Shown here in pieces: positions 53,840 through 64,000 of a stretch of DNA of 64,000 nucleotides. The notes under the pieces are model-generated. The model saw only the letters and a program-made list of their open reading frames with translations. It did no database searches and was not told where the DNA came from. Both the position numbers and the translations under genes were made by a program. Numbering within the stretch: the stretch's first letter is position 1; each line of letters begins with the position of its first letter. Source of the stretch: Octopus vulgaris (Eukaryota); contig OX597825.1 of assembly GCA_951406725.2 (NCBI GenBank), forward strand, positions 9,300,001-9,364,000, written 5' to 3'.

Positions 53840-55690
53840 GAAATCTTCATTTCCCTATTGAACTAAAGTGTTGCTGCTGTGGGCCCCATGGCTTTAAACA
53901 TCAACTTCGAACTATTCATGAAGCTTTAATAACAAGCAAAAAAATGTGAGAACTGTTGGGATTGAATATAAAAAACAAAAACATTTGGCAGTATTACCCA
54001 GTCATGGAGTCTGGAAACTATGGATTCCGGAAAATTTCCTCTGTAAAATCAAACTTTCTAAAACACAACATATCTGTATGGAATGCAAACCTAACATTGT
54101 CACAGGCGGATAAGCTAATAAATTCCAGTAGCATAAACACTAACCGTTACTTTTCAAGGTAATTCGTTATTTTTTTTTACCTTATATTTTGCATTGCAAT
54201 CATACCTCTGACTCTCGAACTTAACAAAATGAAATATAGCTACGAAATAAAAGGCAAAACCATAAATCATCTGCTTTATATGGATGGCTTGCCCCGAAAC
54301 ACTATGCAAAATATGCCATCGAGGTGGAAGGGCTGTCTTCAATAGTTATGGTGTTCTGTGATGATGTAGGGATACAGTCTGAACTGGAAGTATATGTGAA
54401 AGCAACATTTAAAAAATGGTGGTGGGAGAATGGCAATCGAATTCAATGGAAAAACAATTGTAGACAATAATTAAGGAACTCGAACAGTATTTAGGGGTTC
54501 AATGAGAGCCAAAGTATTCATAATGTTTGCATGAAAGAAAAAAATCAGGAAGGAATGCAACCGGAGATTAAGTACCGTCTTGAAAATAGAGTACGATTCA
54601 AAGAATAAACTATCCGCTATACACACTCTTGTGTGTGTATAGTAGTTTTTGCCAGGATTTGCAATACCATAAATAGGAACTCAATTAAATAAGGAAAGTG
54701 GACCTCCAAATCAGAAAACTTTTGACGTGTATTAAAATACATCACTCAAAAGCAGATGTGGGTCGCTTCTCTCTCTCTTAACGAGGTGGAGGTGATGGAA
54801 TGTAATGCAAGATATCAACCATTACAGTCGAACAATACCTTAAAACTACAGATGATTAAAAGTTGAAATAGTTACAAAATTTGAAAGGATGAAAATTTTA
54901 CCGAAGAAAATTCCATAGCAAAGATCCTGTTGTAAAACAAACACGCAACTATCAGTAACTTTCTAGTTCTAAACTAAAGGCAGAGAGTGGGGGTTTCATT
55001 TTTCTACACAAGACTAGTGTCTCTCAACATGCAACATTCAAGTCAATATGGTCAGAAATAGAACGAACTCAAAGTCTCTATTTTGCGATGAGCATTTTGG
55101 GACTAATGCAAAATACTGGCAGCCCAGGAATATAAATTTAGACATGACAGAGTAGGATATTTGATGTGGGTTATATTCGAGTCTTACAGTATAAAGACAA
55201 CGGGAAGGTGGTACAGACATCACCAGATACAGATGTGGTGATGAGAACGTGACAACCATTTAGGATTTTCCTGTGTACACCAACTGAAAGATTAAAGACA
55301 AGGGACCCGATACAATTGTGAATGACCGAAAAAAAAGCATGGGCATTCGATCTGATCACAACATCTCCAAGAAAGAGTTCTGAAAGCTCAGTAAGTATAG
55401 AGACATAATAATTTACATTTTGAAAATATGGCAGCATAAGAGCTATACAATACCAGTGATAGTCTCGTCGGTGCATGTCAAATGCTTAAAAGGAGACAGG
55501 AAAGTGTTGGGGCTCTTCGTGGAAAGCCATCCCTGAAAGAGTTACAAAAAGTGTGCTAAGTGGCACTGTACATTTCTTGAGAAGATTATCAACTTAAATA
55601 TTTGGCAAAGTCATTTACAGTTTTGTTGATACCCTTGTTGCCACAATTGTAACCCGATTGATTGTTAACTGAGCGTATAAGAAAATTTTC
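53840..55690 (+). mobile_element. 5'-truncated decayed R4/Dong-like non-LTR retrotransposon (RT through RLE)
   Basis: Ordered motif relics FQGNSL, FCIAIIPL, KGKTINHLLYMDGL (YMDD), SKNKLSAIHTL, IRKLLTCIKIHHSKADVGR, LKAESGGF, DFPVYTN...PDTIV, TIPVIV, VLSGTVHFLRRL; many frameshifts. Confidence 0.88.
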
Positions 55691-55751
55691 CCTCCGCTGG
55701 TGTCAAGGTGCCACTCAGCAAGCTTAACGAAATATGTAGAATTAAAGGCAT

Positions 55752-55767
55752 CATTATTATTATTATC

Positions 55768-55830
<63 letters not shown>

Positions 55831-55831
55831 C

Positions 55832-55876
<45 letters not shown>
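55752..55876. repeat. (ATT)n directly followed by (AAT)n
   Basis: Direct reading; orientation switches near 55831. Confidence 0.97.
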
Positions 55877-55877
<1 letters not shown>

Positions 55878-55995
55878 GTTTCAAATTTTGCCACAAGAGC
55901 AGCAAATTGAGTCCGAGTGGTACTTATTTTATCGAGCCCTAAAGGATGAAAAGCAATGTCGACCTCAGCGGAATTTGAACTCAGAACGTAGTGAA
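55877..55995 (-). mobile_element. SINE family A-related fragment
   Basis: TGGTACTTATTTTATCGAGCCCTAAAGGATGAAAAGCAATGTCGACCTCAGCGGAATTTGAACTCAGAACGTA. Confidence 0.8.
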
Positions 55996-56479
55996 AAACG
56001 AAAGGAGGGAAGAAGGAATATTAACACATCGTGTGTAACTTGCAAACAATTCTGTACAAAATGAAACAGATTGAGCAAATAAAACACCTCTTTCTCAATT
56101 TGAAGTAGGATATTTCAATGGGGCTACCATTATCCACTTCTTTCTTGTTCTTTTTCAAAGAATTTTTCGTTTCAAATACACATGGCATAAACCAATCAGT
56201 ATTCTTTTGAATATAAACGACTTAAGTTGTACACTGCAGTCTACTTTAGGCAAAGAAAACTTGTTTAAAAATATTTTTACAGTGGAGAAACGGGGAGACA
56301 ATCGAAGTAGGTAGACGTCAGACATAGAAATATTATGAATTCCACATACTAGGCAGTGTTGCATAGATATAGTTGAAAAAGCAATTTTGGAAAAGAATAT
56401 CAAAGATGCATTAGATTGTCACAATAGCCCAAACACAAAAAGGAAGATAATAAGCATCAATACTCTAGCTGACCGATTC

Positions 56480-57485
56480 TTAAGTTATAGTTATAATGCT
56501 CTCAGCTAGAAGCTAAATGAACATGCAAATCTACTAGAAAATATGTAATAAGATTGCATTTAGAATGCACCACTCAACATGTAGCATAGAAAGACTATAA
56601 TTACAAAAGATAAAGAGATGCCGCCAGAAAACAATTTTAAAATATACACTACAGGACTACAAATATAACTTGTAAAAATAATGGAAAACTAATTGAAAAA
56701 ACTTACAAAATACAAACAGCACAAGAAAATTGTTTTCTGCCACGAGGAAGGCCATAAATAAATATAGCAGAGGTTGAATGGCAGACAGCTGTAATGAGAA
56801 ACAACGACAAAGTTTGCGAAAGCTAAGAGCAAAGCTAAAAATGAGTCTTCAGAATAATATAGTAAAGCGTGTGACATAAAAGCCCCTAACTGAAAAATAC
56901 CTAAGAGAAAGAAAACAAAGACTGAATAGATTACCTAAGTAGAAAATAACCTGAGTAGAAATGGAATATTGGATCTACGAATGCGTCGCAGGATCAAAAC
57001 TAGGAATATGTAATACTAAACACGCAATAATTCCAGCAGAAATAGCAAAGGTTTTATGATTCAGATATTCCAATCACGGCAAAGAAGGCGATTAAGGCTA
57101 TTCAGTAAGATATTAGTATGAGAACGAATATCGATGTATTTGTATGAGTTCCAACATAGTATGCAGATCTGTAATACAAATAGAAATATTATCTAAATAT
57201 AAGATCTAAAAATGGAGATGATCAATACGTGGGTACGTGGAACAGAATAAAAAAAAATCCTTGTAATAACTAAGTATTGGTTGGAAATACATATCCATGT
57301 GTACAGGACTTACAAACAGTAACAACCTCCAAAGAATAGCACTAGATATAACACGTAGAGTACTGTCAATATAATAAAAGTATAAAACCAAAGGACAAAA
57401 ATTAAACATACCTAAGGCACACACAGCTGAGCTCGGTAGTGCAGTAAAAGCACGCAATAAAAATAAGATTACTAAATAATAATAA
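56480..57485 (+). mobile_element. Heavily deleted R4/Dong-like remnant ending in TAA repeats
   Basis: LSKY/DLKMEMINTW (57189-57232) and GLTNSNNLQRIALDITRRVLSI* match the RLE C-terminus; 5' boundary uncertain. Confidence 0.55.
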
Positions 57486-57939
57486 TATTTTCATCTTTCT
57501 GTTTTGCTTTTTTTTTTTTTCTACAAATCATATGCTTTGTTTTTGAGGGAAAAAAAATCGATAAATGTTAACAGCTGAAAAGAACACCTATACATCTAGA
57601 AATGATAAATCACCAAGTCAGTATTGTTGTTGTTGCTGTTGTTGATGTTGTTCTTATACATTATCTCCTCCGCTTTCTATATTTCATGGTTGCTGTTATT
57701 GTTGTTGTTGTCGACATCGTTCGTGATGTAGCTTTTGCTGCGTCAGATGACGACCATAAATCTTCAGTTACCCGTCAAATATTTTAGTCTTAAATCACAT
57801 TTCATTCTGAATTTGTCAATTTATTTTCTCCCTTGCTGTATATGTTGTTATTTGTTATTCTTAACACGAAATATAATCGTGATGGAATCAATAAAATAAC
57901 AAACACACTTATAGATAAAATACTGTTCATAAAATATGT

Positions 57940-58070
57940 TTATATATATACATACATATACATATATATAAAAACATACATATATATATATACAAACATA
58001 CATACATACATACATACACACATACACACAAACAAACACACTCGCACACGCACACACACATATACATATA

Positions 58071-58133
<63 letters not shown>

Positions 58134-58200
58134 ATGTATATATACACATACGTAAATATATATGTATATATTCATGTATTTTTTGTATCTATGTGTGTAT
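57940..58200. repeat. Compound (TA)n/(CA)n/(TACA)n microsatellite
   Basis: Direct reading. Confidence 0.95.
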
Positions 58201-58899
58201 ATAGCTAGATAGATAACTGTAATCATATTGGTAATAGATTACAGTAAATTTTTACGTTGTTCATTTTGTTGTTCTGGCAGTGGTTGTAGTGGTGGTAGTG
58301 GTGGTGGTACTGGTGGCAGAATGCTGCTGATGAAGTAACAACCACGGTTTTGAAGATGTGCCGGTGTTAGTGTACAGAAAATGCTAGTGAGGTCGAGGCA
58401 GTTTGTTCCAGACTGAAGAGGCACACTCTGCAAAACATAAGTATAGCTAAGCTACATACACAAAAACGCACATACATATACGCACACATATATGCATGTA
58501 AGCATATACCCAAAATACTATGTGTATGCATGTATGCATATACACATACGTATTTAAGTGTTTGTGTGTGAATGTATGTGTATTTTGTGTCAGTCGACAT
58601 TCAAATACATACATGTATGTCAATGTTCTTCCACAACTTGTTTGTCTACATTTTGGTGAGATGCTGCTCTTATTAAAGCGACACTGGAAGACTCAAGAGG
58701 AAATCGACTTCAGTGGTTTCTGACCTTTGAATAACCCAACACTCTCAGGCGCATGTGAAGTAATCGATGTCTGGTTTGCACTATCAACAATGGTGTTCAA
58801 ATCATTATTAGATCTGATATTCTTGCTTAATAAATTCTGAAAGAAGGTGGGGAATTACTTGCCTGATAACGGTTCATATATTTCTATTTGTTTCTTATA

Positions 58900-59075
58900 G
58901 GCACAGGTGTAGCTGTGTGGTGAGACATTTCATTCCTAACCACAGGGCTCAGAATCCAGTCCAAATGCGTTGCAGGTTGATTGAATTCTTCTGTTATAGT
59001 TTCGGGCCGACCTAATCCTTGTGAGTGGATTTGATACAAGGAAACTGAGAGAAACCCGTGTGTGTGTGTATATAT

Positions 59076-59120
<45 letters not shown>

Positions 59121-59352
59121 TATATATATGTGTATGTATGTGTGTGTTTGCGTCTGCGCTTGTCCCTCACTTCCGCTTGACAAATACTACTGGTATATAT
59201 ACGTCCCTGTTATCTAGCTGTTCGGTAAAAGACACCGATAGAATAAGTAGCATACTTCAAAAAGCAAGTTCTGAAGATGATTCGTTCGACAAAATTCTCC
59301 AAATCGGAGGCTCAATATGGCCGCTGTCTGATGACTGAAACGAGTAAAAGAT
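58900..59352 (+). mobile_element. SINE family B, older full-length copy
   Basis: Diverged but collinear with 12940-13350; internal (TG)n. Confidence 0.85.
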
Positions 59353-60569
59353 GAATGAAATATATACTTGTTTATTTTTTATTCACTCCACCATTACACG
59401 TATGTCTCGGAAATTAGCGGATGGTTTTATTTTCCTTATACTTTTTCAGTGAGTGCAAATAACCGGTTTGAAAGAACATATGTACTTTATATTGAATAAA
59501 TCCTGCAGAATTTATTGACTTCTCTTCAGTCGTTGTGGGAAGTGAAAAGTAAGGAAAAGGATGCGCTTTGTTCAATAGCATTTCAACTCGAAACCTCAGC
59601 ATACCCACCTTTAACAATGTAGAAAATTAATTATGGACCACTTTTGACGCTTAGCCAACGAAGCCAGATAAATCATAAAGTAAGATAAAATATAAAACGC
59701 CCCCTCGTCAAAATACAATGTGTTTTTAGTCTCTTTCTATTTAAACAGCAGAAAAGAATAGGCGAATCAAAACCTCTAAACTGTCTAGACAATTAAAAAT
59801 CATAAAAGTACGCTTATATCATTTACGATCAAAATATATTCTGTTCTCGACAACTCATTCAACTTCCTTCGTCAACACAGTCAAATTCAAGAGATCCGAG
59901 ACGGCACAAACACTCTAAAACTAAAACAAACTGTGGTAATGGGACTCTCAAGATTATCATATCTTCTAACCGCTTTTCCAAACTATATAGCTCCGTGGAT
60001 GTAAAATTTCAAATTATTTACTGCGTGATTTAATTTTAAGAAGTCGGAATTCAAATTGAAGGATTTTGTCTAAATACGAGAATAACGGTACCCAATTACG
60101 TTTTGGTTTCAGAGATCTTGTACGTTTTTCACTGATCAACACACGGACACATTCAGGGTAAAGTATTGTGTGCTACATTACAAAACTCCAGCCACCATAT
60201 TGTTTACAATGTATCTCAGCTGGATAGTCTCCAGGTCTGAATGTTAATGTAAATTTATGGCAGATCATCAGGCTAAAAATGGGTTTATGATGCATAAAAT
60301 CATACGATTATGTATCTTCACTATTTCAGTAACAGAAAGTACAAATTATAAAGTCAGTATATGGTAAAAAATGCTTTTTTGCACTTCTAGTAAAAGACTA
60401 CTGCAAAATTGATTATTCAATTTGGTTATGAATAAATATGAACTTTGAGAATATGAATAAAATAAATAACTTGATTTCAACAAAAATGAATCGTTCTAGA
60501 ATATATCAAGAATTGCATATATATTGAACACACACGCAAACACACACTGGCCGAAACTTTTCAATATAT

Positions 60570-60628
<59 letters not shown>

Positions 60629-60674
60629 GACATCAGATTTACTTTTTCTTGATCTTTTTATCACAGGATAGTAC

Positions 60675-60727
<53 letters not shown>

Positions 60728-61179
60728 ATTAAGCAACAAGTATATCCAAGGTAGAGTAGTACAATTGTTCCATGCTACTTCATTTTATTAAACACTGTAA
60801 GTATTACATCAGTTTTCTAAGGATCTATTTTTGTGACGCACATGGTGAAATTTTGGAGGGAAAATACGAATGTATTCGTATATATGGGTTTGGCCTATGC
60901 TAGCTATCTTCTACTATTCCGATGCTCCTCTTTTTAAGTGGAATGTTGCGCTGAGAAGGGAAATGAATTGATTTATAACTTTAATCCAGAAACGCGTCCG
61001 TAACTAACCCTAGACTTTGTTTTCGTTATTTTTTCCTTCTGTTTTACATATGTGAATTACATGGATATGTTGTATGTGGAGTCATATTTGTAGAAAATAG
61101 AAATATACAATCTTTGACTGCTATTTCTGATTTTTCGGCATGTGGCTAAGCAACCTGTTGCTTGCCCCCTTTTTATTTT

Positions 61180-61235
<56 letters not shown>

Positions 61236-61336
61236 CTTTCTGTCTACAAAATCCACTCACAAGGTTTTGGGCGGCAGACTGAACCCGGAACCATGTGCTT
61301 GGTAAGCAACCTACTTACCACAGAGCCACTCCTACG
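61236..61336 (-). mobile_element. SINE family B, internally deleted 5' half
   Basis: AATCCACTCACAAGG...GACTGAACCCGGAACCATGTG...CTACTTACCACAGAGCCACTCC. Confidence 0.82.
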
Positions 61337-61714
61337 TTATAAATCTACAGGATAATTTTACAGGTAGGAGTTTATGATGACTCACCGTAGGGGTAATTTT
61401 CAAGAAGCAAAAAAAAATTCATTTAATTAAAGACTTTACAGCATTCCTTATAGTATTCTACTTACATATATTGCATAAAACTAAATTCTACACTTCTAAA
61501 ACCTAATTCCTATTTCCAGCATTGCCTGGTTTTCTGCCGACGGATAAACCATATACAATAAAATCTGGTATTCATTTTCGGACATGGGCTAAAGGTTGCA
61601 GTAGTTCTGAATTTAAATAATATAAGCTTCTGATATGCATCGCTGAATCCAGAATTAGATTTTTACGCTCCCAGCCAAAAGCCATATGAGTAAATTTACA
61701 TAGATTTGTTTGAA

Positions 61715-61970
61715 GTTGTATTCACGTAAAAATGTTATGATCGTGGCACATCCTTCAAATACGATACTACGTATCCACAAATGGAAATTGAAAGAGAGGA
61801 AGGCTGACTACGACATCAAAGACAAGGTTCTTGAGATATCAAAGCCATGCGTCAGCAGATCAAGAAACTGCAAAGTTTGCACAGATGAAAGTGCATAACA
61901 TGTATAGAGAACAAAAAAATTCAGTGAAAAGCTAGAAATTCAGACATGAAATATTACAAATACACTCTTA
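61715..61970 (+). mobile_element. Penelope-like element remnant, GIY-YIG endonuclease C-terminal part
   Basis: KCYDRGTSFKY / HKWKLKERKADYDIKDKVLEISKPCVSRSRNCKVCTDE fits the Penelope pattern RY.NH..SF...IW.LK....Y.I.W.I.....Y.....C.LC..EK. Confidence 0.62.
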
Positions 61971-62569
61971 CGTGGATAAATATATTCTATCCTAGAAGAA
62001 AATTCTGGCTTCCCAACGCTAGCTCCCAAATATTCTTCTTGTGGCATACCTTTTTTTTATATATATATTCGATAGTAATTATATTTGCAGACATCAACTC
62101 CGGAGTGTATAAATAAAGACACACACACAGATATGTATGTCTGTAATATCTCTGTACTATTTTCAACTTGCTTTCTTATTGACACATCAACAATCCAAGT
62201 GAATTAAACAGTCTTCATCCATCATCTATTTACACTTTCTCTATGATGTTTTCTTATATTCTGGTTCTCTCCGTCCTTGCACAGTATCGGAAGTCATATT
62301 AGTTCTCAAGCTTGCGAAACTTCCGAATGTGGAATTAATCATGATTCTACGCGTGCTGGCCAAAAGCACAATGGTTTTACAGGAAAGTTTTTGTAGCCTT
62401 ACGAATTGAAAACAGAAACAAACAAAGCTCTTCTAACTTCTGTACGAGCAGGCTTCCTTTTGCCAGTTGAAAGTGTCAGTGCACTAACAGGTTATATGTG
62501 TATGTGCGTATAAGGATGTGTGTTCGCGTTAGCATGTGTATGCTAGTATGTGTGTGAGCGTCTGTGAAT

Positions 62570-62785
62570 ATATATGGTCAGTCCAAACGAGAACAAGTAA
62601 GAAAAAGAAAGAACACGAGGACGTGGTACAAGTACTGTGTTATTGGACCCTCAGGAAAGGAAAGGAAAGGAAAGAAAGGGGATTTCAGGTTTCAAGCGGA
62701 GTACTTCATCAGAAATATAAAAAAAGTTCAAAGAAGGGAAGACGGAGAAAGAAAATCGCCAATGAAACACACACGGTTACATATG
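62570..62785 (-). mobile_element. Penelope-type pseudo-LTR fragment with degenerate minimal hammerhead
   Basis: Minus strand 62715-62683 TTT-CTGATGA-AGTACTCCGCTT-GAAA-CCTG-AAA; flanked by TG/TA repeats. Confidence 0.55.
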
Positions 62786-62807
62786 AATATATATATATAT
62801 GTATGTG

Positions 62808-62896
<89 letters not shown>

Positions 62897-62975
62897 TATG
62901 TATGTATGTATGTATGTATGTATGTATGTATGTATGTATGTATGTATGTATGTATGTATGTATGTATGTATGCAT
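62786..62975. repeat. Compound (CA)n-(TA)n-(TATG)n microsatellite
   Basis: Direct reading. Confidence 0.97.
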
Positions 62976-63331
62976 GCATGTCAGATTCTGCGTGATCTCT
63001 TCTGATACTATAACATACAGCAGTTTTTTCCGCTGCATAAGTGAGTTGTCAGCGACTGCAATAGCATCCTTACTAGGCAATCCTGGTAAGAGTTTGGAAA
63101 AAGAAGCAAAACGTCTTGCGTTAAGCGAACGCATGAAGTGAGGGAAGTAACAACAACACAGAAGGTATAATGGAGGGACATGGAAATTACTATTTCTGCT
63201 TGCTTCTGAGTCATAGCAATATCGCATAGAGTCATTGAGGTCCTACGACACCCAAACTTAACATAGGATTCTGTACGGGAGTTTATGAAATTGATTTTTT
63301 ATAAAGTTCCTCCTAATAAGCGGAGAAGGTG

Positions 63332-63497
63332 TAAGTGGATTACATCGACCACAGTGTTCAGCCGGTATATTATGGGCCCCGGAAAATATGAAAAGCAAAG
63401 TCGTCAGCAGCGGAATTTGAACTCAGAGCATTAAGACGGATAAAATGGTGCTAAGCTTTATACTCAGTGAGCTGCTCATTCTTCCAGCTCACCTTCC
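63332..63497 (-). mobile_element. SINE family A, old degraded copy
   Basis: GATTACATCGACCACAGTG...ATGAAAAGCAAAGTCG..AGCGGAATTTGAACTCAGAGC...CCAGCTCACC. Confidence 0.78.
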
Positions 63498-64000
63498 ACT
63501 CTTGTAACAATAAATGATAGATATTCTGGGAAACAAAGACACCAGATTACTATCATGCATTCATGCATCGATTTACAACATAAGTATATACACATGTGTA
63601 TGTTTGAGTGTATGCGTGTACACACATGCATACATGCATACATTCATACATACATTCATAATATCGATCGCAAGTGCCTTTCAATGTTGTATTACATCAC
63701 TTCGACAACATCTTTTAACCACCAAGTGTCTAAATGCATCCCTTGACCAAGTTTATATATATGAGGCTGATAACATCACAAGACTTCGAAGGCAGCTCCT
63801 TGTTTGATAACGTTAAATACATGCCCAAAGAAGTCGCACGACTCTACCACAGTATCATCAGATGAAAGAATGAGCAGATGACTATGCATGGATATGTTAG
63901 TAGAAAGCTCAGAGATGATAGGAACATCGATCATCAGAACAGCATATCATGGACCAATAACCGGATTGCTACCTCCCACTTTGAAGGGTATGCGTTTGCA

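Noticed and set aside
58413-58443. CTGAAGA-GGCA..TGC-AAAAC hammerhead-like string
   Set aside because: GAAA absent, no stem I or III; compatible with chance.
59325-59350. CTGATGA-CT-GAAAC in a SINE B tail
   Set aside because: Copy-specific mutation of CAAATGACTGAAAC; no stem II.
62985-63141. Open frame with donor-like CTG|GTAAGA
   Set aside because: Weak acceptor, no homology recognised; the ORF is mostly microsatellite.

Overview
AT-rich, microsatellite-saturated eukaryotic DNA, probably intronic or intergenic, with no host protein-coding gene I can recognise. The repeat landscape resembles an octopus/coleoid cephalopod genome (inference from remembered repeat families, not a database result). 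Nearly all ORFs in the supplied track are artefacts of simple repeats, SINEs or antisense transposon frames. Supportable content: four tRNA-headed SINE families (labelled A-D here, more than 20 copies, several with clear target-site duplications); four decayed R4/Dong-like RLE non-LTR retrotransposon remnants, three next to (ATT/TAA)n tracts; three RTE-type LINE 3' ends, one young with a TSD; a mariner 3' remnant; a near full-length decayed Tc1-like element with DD36E spacing; and a Penelope-type GIY-YIG remnant. The most distinctive signal is a set of short non-coding elements in or next to (TA)n tracts, several of them long fold-backs, carrying degenerate minimal hammerhead-ribozyme motifs of the Penelope type. 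Also notable: a templated inversion inside a SINE, a 3' stem-loop shared by two SINE families and the RTE, and a CpG/motif-rich unique block near 30.6-32 kb. Coordinates were read by hand, and ends of decayed elements are approximate.
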